Shown here piece by piece: positions 9,031 through 17,404 of a stretch of 35,120 nt of DNA. The DNA is taken from positions 1-35,120 of the IMG/VR virus record IMGVR_UViG_3300010376_000089. One strand, 5' to 3'. The notes beneath the pieces were generated by a model that was given only the letters and a program-made list of their open reading frames with translations, ran no database searches and was not told the DNA's origin. Position numbers and translations under genes: made by a program. Position 1 is the first letter of the stretch, and each line of letters starts with the position of its first letter. The stretch is from a virus. Taxonomy: Duplodnaviria; Caudoviricetes.

Positions 9031-9550
9031 AGCTTACATGCTGGGCCTGACCGTGATCGTGGGGTAGGTAGCCCAGTCGGTTCACATGCATGGTGACCCG
9101 CATGTCCAGTACCCACCAGACGCGCGGTGGATCAGGGTCGGGCTCAGGGCCGAACACCAGCGGCTCTCCGGCTCTGTCAGCGAGTTCAGGGTACTCACGG
9201 CGCAGCACGGCCGAGAATCGGGTGCAGCCGAGTCCCCAACCGAACGGGATGGCCTGCGAGTAGTCCCGGCCGTCTTCGGTCACTGGGTGCAGCTCGTACC
9301 AGCTGGCGCACCAGTGCTCCGGGCAGGTGGTGAAGTCAAAGACTACGTTCTCTGGCGGCACGATGTCCTGCTCCACGATGATCAGGTCACCGGGCTCGGG
9401 GTCAAGCCACCACTCACGGAAGGCCCAGTAATAGCTCTCGTCGCCGGGCTCTAGCGGACAGAGCTCAGCGTTGTTGGCGAGTGCCCATAGCAGCGTCTCG
9501 GGGGCGAGCATACCCTCGAGGTATGGGATCTTAATTTTCGCCTTTCTCAC
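8957..9550 (-). CDS. Putative GT-A fold glycosyltransferase-like protein
   Basis: LIIVEQDIVP (DxD-like) and GLGCTRFS motifs, with C-terminal His residues typical of small phage GT-A proteins. Confidence 0.55.
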   Translation of the reverse strand: MRKAKIKIPYLEGMLAPETLLWALANNAELCPLEPGDESYYWAFREWWLDPEPGDLIIVEQDIVPPENVVFDFTTCPEHWCASWYELHPVTEDGRDYSQAIPFGWGLGCTRFSAVLRREYPELADRAGEPLVFGPEPDPDPPRVWWVLDMRVTMHVNRLGYLPHDHGQAQHVSCGDGHRDAQGLRPGQPGDLPRAHP

Positions 9551-10268
9551 GTCGAGCCCTGGCCTTGCGCTCTGTTGCCGATACCGCTACGCGGCGTTTG
9601 GCACCTTTGGGCACCATTCGCGGAGAGCCACGATAGGGCACCTCCGGGCGTAGCTTGGGCTTGGCAGGTTGTCTGAGCTTCTCGATCGCACAGGCCCAGT
9701 AGGTGATCGTCTGGCGCGTATAACGCATCCGCTCGAGCACCCGCCACTGGTTGCCGACGTAATCCTCGAACCACGGCCACACGTAGCGGCTCAGGTAGAA
9801 GTAGTTGGGCGGCTGCTTCTCGTACATGTTCGCCGGATAGGTGGTATGGCCGTCCGGCCACACGTGAATGCCGAGGCGCAGGATGGCCTGACGATGGCCA
9901 TCGGTGAAGAACATGACCAGCCGATTTAGCTTCTGGGCGTTCTGCCAGAAGGCTTCGAAAGCTGGATAAGGGTGATCGTATGCATCGAAGTCCGCCACAG
10001 CGAACTTGGCCTTCACGTCACCGAAGAGCCAGGTGTCGCAGTCGCCCTCACGGATGTCTCCCTTGAGGCGTGACTGCGCCATTGCGACACGTTTGGGATC
10101 TAGGTCTGCGCCGTAGATCGGGCGGTCCTGATAGAGCTTGACCGCAATGTCGCCGTCCCCGATGAAGGGAACGTAGATAGGACCCGGTAGAGCCCAGCGC
10201 AACATCCGCTTGCGCTGGAGCTCCTTACGAAAGAGAAGTACATGCTGGCGTTGGGCGTTAGTCGGCAT
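9531..10268 (-). CDS. Class I SAM-dependent methyltransferase-like protein (possible TcmP-like partner of DUF5131)
   Basis: YVPFIGDG (motif I), YGADLDP (motif II), EGDC, and VADFDAY (DxY-like catalytic loop). Confidence 0.6.
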   Translation of the reverse strand: MPTNAQRQHVLLFRKELQRKRMLRWALPGPIYVPFIGDGDIAVKLYQDRPIYGADLDPKRVAMAQSRLKGDIREGDCDTWLFGDVKAKFAVADFDAYDHPYPAFEAFWQNAQKLNRLVMFFTDGHRQAILRLGIHVWPDGHTTYPANMYEKQPPNYFYLSRYVWPWFEDYVGNQWRVLERMRYTRQTITYWACAIEKLRQPAKPKLRPEVPYRGSPRMVPKGAKRRVAVSATERKARARREKGEN

Positions 10269-10390
10269 GCCTAGCCAAACCTTACCGTGACCTGCCTGAT
10301 CCAGCCAGCCAAGTCTCGGGTAACCGGAGGGAGCCTCACCTTAACGCACCCTTGCTCGCCAAGTCATGACATACGTTGACTTGACCCGCC
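10267..10390. repeat. 5-nt-periodic degenerate repeat tract A (NNRCC on +, GGYNN on -)
   Basis: atgcc tagcc aaacc ttacc gtgac ctgcc ... taacc ggagg gagcc tcacc ttaac gcacc ... tcgcc. Confidence 0.65.
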
Positions 10391-10549
10391 CTGATATTTG
10401 TAAGCATGCGCCATCCGCTCATCGACCACCCTACGGGGCCAACGGCGGAAGATACGGAAGTACATCCGTGCCCATCGTTTGAACTCTGTGGGGCATTCGC
10501 GATGTCGCTGAGCCACCCACTGCTCGTATGTTGGGAATTCATCTGTCAT
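10364..10549 (-). CDS. Small hypothetical protein flanked by the pentamer tracts
   Basis: 61-aa ORF in operon orientation. Confidence 0.5.
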   Translation of the reverse strand: MTDEFPTYEQWVAQRHRECPTEFKRWARMYFRIFRRWPRRVVDERMAHAYKYQGGSSQRMS

Positions 10550-10553
10550 AGGG

Positions 10554-10740
10554 AAGCCTTAACGAACCGAACCGTCTTACGGGGTCGTACCACGCCACAT
10601 AAACCAAGCCCAGGGGAGCCTAAACCGACCAAACCGAACACGACCGGACCCCATCAGCCCTGCCGAATTCGCGCACCATGCCCAGGGGAACCGGACCAAA
10701 CCGAGCCCCGCTACCGCACCGTAGCTTGCCCTGTCACGCC
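10554..10740. repeat. 5-nt-periodic degenerate repeat tract B
   Basis: aagcc ttaac gaacc gaacc ... aaacc aagcc caggg gagcc ... cgacc ggacc ... gcacc atgcc caggg gaacc ggacc aaacc gagcc ... ctacc gcacc gtagc ttgcc; intergenic on the coding strand. Confidence 0.75.
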
Positions 10741-10749
10741 CAGTGCTGG

Positions 10750-10941
10750 TCAGAGATTGGTGAAGTCGTATACCGCGAGTGCACCAAAGGCACCCACGAG
10801 CACTACAAACAGACAGGCAAGCCAGTAGAGCTGCTTGGCCCGTCGCTGGAGCCCGTCTCGATAGCCATCCCAGTAGTCGGCGCTGCGATCCGTGCTGCGC
10901 AGACGAGGTTCGAGATTATTGACATGTGCCAACGTTGGCAC
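10750..10941 (-). CDS. Small protein with C-terminal TM helix
   Basis: YWDGYRDG followed by hydrophobic LYWLACLFVVLVGAFGALAVY. Start is uncertain (GTG lies inside the palindrome). Confidence 0.6.
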   Translation of the reverse strand: MPTLAHVNNLEPRLRSTDRSADYWDGYRDGLQRRAKQLYWLACLFVVLVGAFGALAVYDFTNL

Positions 10942-11119
10942 CGCCCTCAGTCAACTGGCGAATCAACGCCGAGTGCAAAGCGTCGACAGAGTCGAGCGCT
11001 CGCTTGCGGTCCTCACGGAGCTCACCGATGTACTCGACTACCGGCTTGGGCAACGAGAACGGCACGCCCTTGTATTCGAAGCCTGGCACCATCACAGCCA
11101 GCTCCTCTTCGGGGGTCAT
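10916..11119 (-). CDS. Hypothetical protein
   Basis: Start overlaps the DUF5131 stop (TGATG). Confidence 0.65.
   Translation of the reverse strand: MTPEEELAVMVPGFEYKGVPFSLPKPVVEYIGELREDRKRALDSVDALHSALIRQLTEGGANVGTCQ
10926..10941. repeat. 16-bp palindrome GTGCCAACGTTGGCAC, copy 2 (gene junction)
   Basis: Exact match. Confidence 0.9.
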
Positions 11120-11904
11120 CAGAACGTAAGCACCTTTCTGTCCCAGGTTTCGGGGTAAGCCCGGTAGATAGCTCCGAGAGCGTCCGGGCGCACTTCGGTC
11201 CGGTATGCGCTGTCCTGCTTGAAGAAGTAGGCCACGATCTCCTGGTGGCAGCGCCTCTGCATGTCACGAGCCCAGTCCAGGTCCATCGGGCGATAGCCCC
11301 GGCCGGACTCTCCGCCCACGATCATCCACTCAATGTGCTCGAGGTCAACTTCATCTGCCGGGCCTATGGCAGGTTCGTAGCTGATGAAGTGGATGTAAGC
11401 GGGTACGTCAGTGAGGATTGGCGAGCGCTCCGCTACCCGGTTATCCTCGATTGAGGTCCCCAGCCAGACATTGGGCCAGTAGGGATAGCCGGAGCGATGC
11501 GTGTCCCAAGTGTCGGGCAGCATCCGCTCAATGTTCTCCGGCCTCTTGGTGAGGATCTGGAAGTCGAGCCAGTAGCAGCTCTCGATGATCTTCCATGCCT
11601 CTTCACGCCACTGGTTCAGCTGCGGTGCGTCCTCGAAGAAGTCTCCGAGGCTCATCGTGAAGACCCGCGAGGGCACCTTGGCGACTATGGCCTCCCGGTG
11701 CCAGCGGTGAGGCTTGTTCCAGACGCCCTGTCCGGTGCGCTTGCGCTTGGCCGTATCGTGACCGAAGACATCCAGGCCCATCTTGTTCGAAGTCAATGTG
11801 TCGGCATAGCAATGCGTACATCCCTGTGAGACCTTGAAGCAGCCCATCCAGGGGTTCCACGTCTTGTCGGTCCAAGCAATCGCTGTGCTGTCACCCATCG
11901 GCAC
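11119..11904 (-). CDS. DUF5131 / phage Gp37Gp68 family radical-SAM-like protein
   Basis: I.WTD.TWNP..GC.KVS.GC.HCYA three-Cys motif, FQILTKRP, NVWLGTS, FISYEP, WMIVGGESG and FFKQ motifs. Confidence 0.93.
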   Translation of the reverse strand: MPMGDSTAIAWTDKTWNPWMGCFKVSQGCTHCYADTLTSNKMGLDVFGHDTAKRKRTGQGVWNKPHRWHREAIVAKVPSRVFTMSLGDFFEDAPQLNQWREEAWKIIESCYWLDFQILTKRPENIERMLPDTWDTHRSGYPYWPNVWLGTSIEDNRVAERSPILTDVPAYIHFISYEPAIGPADEVDLEHIEWMIVGGESGRGYRPMDLDWARDMQRRCHQEIVAYFFKQDSAYRTEVRPDALGAIYRAYPETWDRKVLTF

Positions 11905-11931
11905 ACCTCCGCGTAGTTCAAGTATAAAATT

Positions 11932-11960
11932 ATTCTACTCCCCAGCAAAAAGGGTGTCCA
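11932..11960 (-). promoter_or_regulatory. Sigma70-type promoter for the DUF5131-to-capsid operon
   Basis: TGGACA-N17-TAGAAT on the minus strand, then a GGAGG RBS before 11904. Confidence 0.65.
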
Positions 11961-12043
11961 GAGCTACCCTCGGCGATCGCCCACGAGAAAGGGCCCATTT
12001 TGCGGAATGATGACTATGAGTCACATCTGTGGACGAGCTCGAG

Positions 12044-12083
12044 CTTCGGAGGTGACCGGAAAACCTTCGGAGGTGTCCGGAAA
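12044..12083. repeat. Tandem 19-bp direct repeat CTTCGGAGGTG(A/T)CCGGAAA with 21-bp period
   Basis: Copies at 12044-12062 and 12065-12083, one mismatch, intergenic. Confidence 0.75.
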
Positions 12084-12092
12084 CGCCCAAAC

Positions 12093-12518
12093 CTACCCAA
12101 AATTAGAAATGTTTCCATTCTGGGCGGGTTTAGTTCGAGAACGCTCTGGCAGCTCCACGCCCTTGCGTCTCAGTCGTACGATGAACTGTCCAACGCTGCC
12201 AGCGGTGTAACCCAACGCTAAGCCAATCTCGCTGTTCGTAGCGTTCTCTGTCATCAGCTCGATGATCCGTCTGTCTCGAGTAGCGCTGTAGGTAGCCCAG
12301 CGCTGCTTCTCCATGTCGCCTGAGCGCTCACCGTTGCAGGTGAGGCATAACTTCGGCGCATTGGGCCCGTTGCCATCAGAGCCGCTCATCGGTCTGCCAC
12401 AGCCAGGACAGGGTTGGCTATAGAAAGAGCGACGGCACTCGTCGGAGCACCACTTTCTCGGCTTGCCGCTCTTGCCTAGTGGAGTAGGTCCGCCACAGGT
12501 AGGGCAGACGCCAGTCAT
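12093..12518 (-). CDS. Zinc-finger plus HTH DNA-binding protein (candidate regulator)
   Basis: CPTC...WCSDEC and CPGC...CLTC, then TNSEIGLALGYTAGSVGQFIVRLR HTH. Confidence 0.75.
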   Translation of the reverse strand: MTGVCPTCGGPTPLGKSGKPRKWCSDECRRSFYSQPCPGCGRPMSGSDGNGPNAPKLCLTCNGERSGDMEKQRWATYSATRDRRIIELMTENATNSEIGLALGYTAGSVGQFIVRLRRKGVELPERSRTKPAQNGNISNFG

Positions 12519-12521
12519 CGG

Positions 12522-12743
12522 TTAGCCCGGAGTCTTACCGAGATAGGGATGGTTGGCCTGTAGAACCATCACGCCGTGCGTACCACAACGTGGCGGTGGC
12601 TTACTCGTGTCGGTGACGAACTTACGCTGTGGGATCTCACACTTGTAACAGACGTAGGCCAGTCGCTTGGGCTTCTTGACTGACTGTGATGGCTTCGGTG
12701 GCTTTGCCGGTGGTGGTGGTGATTTGCGCTTTGGCTGTGTCAT
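12522..12743 (-). CDS. Small basic zinc-ribbon protein
   Basis: YVCYKC...PRCGTHG. Confidence 0.65.
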   Translation of the reverse strand: MTQPKRKSPPPPAKPPKPSQSVKKPKRLAYVCYKCEIPQRKFVTDTSKPPPRCGTHGVMVLQANHPYLGKTPG

Positions 12744-12907
12744 CCCAGACGCTCCTCAACCACAGCCAGTGCTGCTTCTACTGCCCTGATGACGATCTCC
12801 TCGATGTGATAGGAGAGCTCTTTCTCGTCGTTGAACTTGAAGGCCGCCTCGAGAGCTGCTTCCTGGGCCTCCTCGCGTACCTCTTGTCTGAGGACGAGCC
12901 TAGTCAT
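12740..12907 (-). CDS. Small hypothetical protein
   Basis: ATG at 12907 overlaps the upstream gene end; stop overlaps the next ATG. Confidence 0.55.
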   Translation of the reverse strand: MTRLVLRQEVREEAQEAALEAAFKFNDEKELSYHIEEIVIRAVEAALAVVEERLG

Positions 12908-13148
12908 CGTCTGCCTGCTCTGGCGGTACGACTGTCTTGGCCATGTCGTCACGCACTTCGTCAATGGCTGCGGTCAGCATCCCCACTGCCTCCCACTGCG
13001 TCAGTGTCGGCGTAGCTGCCAGTACGAGTCTGGGGTCTCCCTGAGGATCGAGACACTTGATGACCGTGATGCCCTCGACCGGCATCCAGTCAGGCGGCAG
13101 CGCCGCGTTGGTCGACATCCCAAAGATCTGGCCTTGCTGAACTCCCAT
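12900..13148 (-). CDS. Hypothetical phage protein
   Basis: AAGGAG RBS; VIKCLD..G...L..WEAVGML pattern. Confidence 0.7.
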   Translation of the reverse strand: MGVQQGQIFGMSTNAALPPDWMPVEGITVIKCLDPQGDPRLVLAATPTLTQWEAVGMLTAAIDEVRDDMAKTVVPPEQADDD

Positions 13149-13202
13149 ACGTTCTCCTTCTACGGTGACAGCTAGACCTTAACGGGGGGGTCGGACAGAA
13201 CC

Positions 13203-13379
13203 TCAAGAGGGATGGGAGTCTTTCTGTCCGCCACCTTTGCCCTGGCCTTGACCCTGGCTCGAGCCCTTCGAGGCAACCGCCCTCACGACCTGCAATCCGC
13301 GTGAGGGCTGGCTGTTCTCATTGGGCCGCTTGACGCCATTGGGTAGCGGCCAGACTTTTACGTTGACCCCCCTAGCCAT
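13203..13379 (-). CDS. Small low-complexity protein (58 aa, MARGVNVKVWPLPNG...QGQGQGKGGGQK)
   Basis: Below the ORF-track cutoff; start overlaps the end of 13372..13587. The region also folds strongly (see findings). Confidence 0.45.
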   Translation of the reverse strand: MARGVNVKVWPLPNGVKRPNENSQPSRGLQVVRAVASKGSSQGQGQGKGGGQKDSHPS

Positions 13380-13587
13380 TACCTATCCCAGTCGGAGGCA
13401 TCCCCTGCGCATCCGGAGCTCCGAGGTTCTGCGTTGCGGTCGGTTGGGTCTTGGGAAGATCTGCGACCTCGGCTGAAGTTGCACCTACGGTCCGATCCTC
13501 TTCGCCGGTTGGAACTGCGGTGATGTTGTCGGTGTTTGCGGGCACCGACTGCGGGAAACGTTGGATGGAGCTGAGTGAAAGTGGCAT
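13372..13587 (-). CDS. Small disordered protein, probable leaderless first gene of the leftward operon
   Basis: ATG 6 nt downstream of a TACGCT -10 box. Confidence 0.5.
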   Translation of the reverse strand: MPLSLSSIQRFPQSVPANTDNITAVPTGEEDRTVGATSAEVADLPKTQPTATQNLGAPDAQGMPPTGIGNG

Positions 13588-13593
13588 GCGCAA

Positions 13594-13644
13594 AGCGTAC
13601 CGCTGTCATTAGGGTTGTGCCAACGTTGGCACTTAGCTTAGACT
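13594..13644. promoter_or_regulatory. Divergent promoter pair overlapped by palindrome copy 3 (13617-13632)
   Basis: Minus strand: TTGGCA-N18-TACGCT-6nt-ATG(13587). Plus strand: TTGTGC-N18-TAGACT-6nt-ATG(13651). Both -35 boxes overlap GTGCCAACGTTGGCAC. Confidence 0.65.
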
Positions 13645-13650
13645 TCCACC

Positions 13651-13890
13651 ATGCCCTCGGTCCGCAGCTTTGGTTTACCCGCTAATACGATTAGGGGCGG
13701 ATCACAGGGCGGAAAGCAAATCGTCCTCGCCGCACCCGCGCTCCCAAACGCAGGGCAGTCGGGCTCAGACTCGTCAAGCACTTCCGGCTCGAGCGGTACG
13801 CTGGGACCACTCGGACCCGTTCGTATGTTGGGCGTCGGTACACCTGGCCTGCTGGGCGCACAGCCCTTCGGAGCAGGCCAATCCACCTAA
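13651..13890 (+). CDS. Small Gly/Ser-rich protein, probable leaderless first gene of the rightward cassette
   Basis: ATG at the expected +1 of the TAGACT promoter; stop is followed by the AAGGAG RBS of the next gene. Confidence 0.55.
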   Translation: MPSVRSFGLPANTIRGGSQGGKQIVLAAPALPNAGQSGSDSSSTSGSSGTLGPLGPVRMLGVGTPGLLGAQPFGAGQST

Positions 13891-13904
13891 ATTAAGGAGC
13901 AGCT

Positions 13905-16569
13905 ATGTCGGAGTTCGATGGCCACGTCAACTTCGGAGTTAGCGCCATAGCAGTAGCTCCTTCACCTGCCGCTTCGGGTACGTCCCTGAAGCTGCAGGCA
14001 GGCGATGGTGCGCTGATGCCGACACCACCATTCAATGCTGCAGTCTGGCCCAAGAACACGGTGGCCAGCGCTGCGACTGCGGAGATCGTGCGCGTCACCA
14101 ACCTATCGGGCGACACCTGCACAGTCACTCGCGGTCAGGAGAACAGCAATGTCCGCACAATCGGCATTGGCGACCAGTTCGTTGCCGCGATCACCGCCAA
14201 GTCCCTAACCGACATCGAGGGCATCGTCACCGCTTTTCAGGTAGAGAGCGCTGGACCCGCTGGCCCTGTCGGCCCGCAGGGCCCTCCCGGCCCACAAGGC
14301 ATCCAGGGAGTCCCGGGACCGGTCGGATCGACTGGCCCGGTCGGTCCTGTCGGAGATGCGGGTCCGTGGGGACCGGCAGGCTCGGATGGCCCTATGGGGC
14401 AGCAAGGCCCCGCTGGCCCTTCGGGTCCTGCCGGTCCCCCTGGACCTCAAGGTGACCCAGGCCCAGTCGGTCCTACGGGAGCAGACGGCACGCAGGGTCC
14501 GGCCGGTAGTGTTGGTCCTCCCGGGCCTGCTGGACCCTGGGCCGATGGGCCCTCCTGGCGGCGCTTCGGACGGCACGATGGGCCCTCCCGGTCCGGCTGG
14601 TCCCCAGGGCCCGGCTGGACCTCAGGGAGACGTTGGTCCGCAGGGTCCTTCGGGTCCGGCTGGCGCTGAAGGTCAGCAGGGTGCAGTCGGCCCTCAAGGT
14701 CCGGCTGGCGATCCTGGACCCACTGGCGCTGACGGAGCGCCTGGTGCTGTCGGTCCCGCTGGTGCGGATGGTCCTGCTGGTCCCCAAGGTGAACCCGGAC
14801 CGGCTGGCAACGACGGAGCTCCGGGAGAGCAGGGGCCTGCTGGACCACAAGGTGATCTCGGTCCTGTTGGCGACGTTGGGCCTCAAGGTGCCCAGGGCGA
14901 TGTCGGCCCGATGGGACCAATCGGCATGCAGGGTGATCAAGGTGTGCCCGGCCCACAGGGAGATCCAGGTCCTGTCGGTCCTGCGGGACCAGAGGGACCA
15001 CAGGGTCCTCCCGGTGATGGCACGGGTTCGGGTGAAGCTGGTCCCACGGGACCACAGGGTCCGGTAGGAGACCCTGGCCCTGTCGGTCCGGCCGGTGAGG
15101 ATGGCCCTCCTGGCCCACCCGGTGACCAGGGTCCGGTCGGACCACAGGGCGAAATCGGTCCTCAGGGTGATCCTGGACCGGCTGGTGCAGACGGCTCTGA
15201 AGGACCAGTCGGACCTCCCGGAGCAGATGGTGCAGATGGTGCTGCTGGTCCTGTCGGTGCGAACGGACCGCAAGGTCCGGTTGGCCCTGCCGGTCCACAA
15301 GGAGACGTTGGCCCTGCTGGTCAACAGGGAGCTGTCGGGCCTGCTGGTCCGATGGGCGCACAGGGCCCTCCGGGCGACGCAACTGATCCAGGCATCGCTG
15401 GTCCACAGGGACCTCCTGGTGATGCTGGGCCTGAGGGAGCTCCTGGACCTGTCGGCCCTGTCGGATCTGCTGGACCACAGGGACCGATCGGAGACGCCGG
15501 ACCTCAGGGTCCTCCGGGAGATCAGGGACCTACGGGTGATCCAGGACCAGAGGGCGCACCAGGACCACAAGGTCCGACAGGTGATCCCGGACCAGAGGGT
15601 GATGTCGGTCCAATCGGAGCACAGGGACCGATGGGAGCTCAGGGCGATCCGGGACCGCAGGGCCCGGTCGGTGATCCGGGACCACAGGGACCGATCGGAC
15701 CTGCCAACGCAACGCCTGGCCCAGAGGGTCCTCCTGGTCCTGCCGGACCTCAGGGGCCCGCTGGTGACGTAGGGCCTGCGGGTCCTGCTGGCGCAGACGG
15801 TGCCGAAGGTCCTGCCGGTTCTGAAGGTCCTCAAGGACCGCAGGGCGCTGCCGGTCCGGTTGGTCCGGCAGGACAGTCTTTCACGTATCGCGGAACATGG
15901 TCTGCCAATACGTCATACGCAGTCAACGATGTTGTCACCGGATCGGACGGCAGCTCGTACATAGCGAATAGCGGCAGCACGGGCATCGATCCGCTGACCA
16001 ACATGGCGAACTCTCCCTGGTCGGCGTTCGCTATCCACGGTGCTGCCGGACCACAGGGACCGCAGGGACCACAGGGCACTCAAGGACTGACTGGACCCGC
16101 AGGTGCGGTCGGTCCTCAGGGAGCTACTGGAGCTCCGGGCCCGGCTGGTGCAGTCGGAGCCACTGGACCACAGGGCAACCAGGGAGCTACGGGTGCCCAG
16201 GGTCCGGCTGGTGTCGCTGGACCTACCGGACCGGCTGGCGCAATCGGTGCTACCGGAGCGCAGGGCGCACAGGGCATTCAGGGACCGACCGGCGCTACAG
16301 GAGCTACGGGTGCTCAGGGCCCAGCTGGACCTACCTACTCAGGCTCGAGCTCAGTCGTGTTCTCGAACGCAGGAACATCGGCTGTGGCCACGGTCGCCCA
16401 CAGTAAGGGCTCAGCCACCTTTGCTGTCGTTACCGGGCTTACGGCCAACCAAGCGATTTACCTGGTGGTCTCCAACAAGACGGCCACCAACTTCCAGGTG
16501 ACGGGCTACGCCATGACAGCGAGCGCCAAAATCACAGCCACGGTCACCTTCGACTGGCATCTCATCTAA
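13905..16569 (+). CDS. Giant collagen-like fibre protein split by a frameshift at ~14535 (anchor domain, Gly-X-Y, CBM5/12-like module, Gly-X-Y, C-terminal beta domain)
   Basis: Gly-X-Y runs in the 13905 frame to GGA at 14532 and resumes in the 14356 frame at [28 protein letters not shown]...SYIA...PW resembles CBM5/12. Confidence 0.85.
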
Positions 16570-16570
16570 A

Positions 16571-16602
16571 GAAAGGCCCCAGCACGGAACTGGGGCCCTT
16601 CT
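16571..16602 (+). terminator. Intrinsic terminator-like hairpin after the collagen fibre gene
   Basis: GGCCCCAG-CACGGAA-CTGGGGCC followed by CTTCT, with an A-rich left flank. Confidence 0.6.
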
Positions 16603-16677
16603 GTCCTACCACCATTGAGGATCTTATCCGTCCGACCTCGTTGGTCAACAGCCGAAACGTCACGTAAGCTCCCGGCC

Positions 16678-16848
16678 ATGGCCAGACTCATGACGAACCC
16701 ACAGCCCTCTAGTAAGGCGCAGATGGCTACCACTCGGCGCTCCAGGCCCGTAGCTGTCTTTGCAGTCTCCTCGATGGAGCGCACGCAGGGCACCGTTGAC
16801 GACGACAATCCCGACCAACCTGAGGCCGAAGATGACGATGCAGCTTAA
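16678..16848 (+). CDS. Small protein with acidic tail, possibly leaderless
   Basis: TTGGTC-N18-TAAGCT-7nt-ATG(16678); end overlaps the MTase start. Confidence 0.4.
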   Translation: MARLMTNPQPSSKAQMATTRRSRPVAVFAVSSMERTQGTVDDDNPDQPEAEDDDAA

Positions 16849-17404
16849 TTGGGGTCAGCGCTGGATAGGCGAAGTTGGCTTTCAGTCCTCGATCACTGAG
16901 AGCGAACGTGACCGACTGACCAAGCTGGCTACCGGCAAGCACGTTCTCGAGATCGGCTCCGCCTACGGCTACACCACCTGCTTCATGGCGCAGGTAGCTC
17001 TGGACGTAACCGCCGTGGACCCCCATGCTGGTTACGGCTCGATGCCCAACTCGCTCCCGGTGATGCAATCCAACATCAAGCTGCTCGGCCTCGAGAACAT
17101 CAACATGCTGATCAACACGAGCCAGGCGGTGCTACCCAGCCTGATCGACGCAGGCAATGAGTACGACCTCATCTTCATCGACGGCGACCATCGCTACTCC
17201 TATGCGCAGTTCGATCTGCGCCATAGCTGGCAGATGTTGCCCCGAGACGCCACGATGGCTGCGCACGACTATGGCGAGGTCACCTGCCCGGAGGTTATCC
17301 CCGCTGTCGATGACTGGGTCAATACGATCGATGACACCTACCTGTCCCAAGGTGAACCGATTGAGGTGGTCGACACACTATGGACGATCCTGCGGAGACA
17401 GTAA
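16832..17404 (+). CDS. Class I SAM-dependent O-methyltransferase (Methyltransf_24-like)
   Basis: VLEIGSAYGYTT, VTAVDPH, YDLIFIDGDH.Y, HDY...V..AVD motifs. Confidence 0.9.
   Translation: MTMQLNWGQRWIGEVGFQSSITESERDRLTKLATGKHVLEIGSAYGYTTCFMAQVALDVTAVDPHAGYGSMPNSLPVMQSNIKLLGLENINMLINTSQAVLPSLIDAGNEYDLIFIDGDHRYSYAQFDLRHSWQMLPRDATMAAHDYGEVTCPEVIPAVDDWVNTIDDTYLSQGEPIEVVDTLWTILRRQ

Noticed and set aside
13184-13372. tRNA, tmRNA, RNase P, group I intron or HDV-like ribozyme identity for the structured region
   Set aside because: No T-loop or CCA end, no full GAGGAAAGUCC core, group I P7 elements in the wrong order, and loops too short for an HDV fold.
14205-16501. Long alternative-frame and antisense ORFs over the collagen gene
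   Set aside because: Shadow ORFs produced by stop-poor GGN-CCN repeats; no RBS or protein-like composition.
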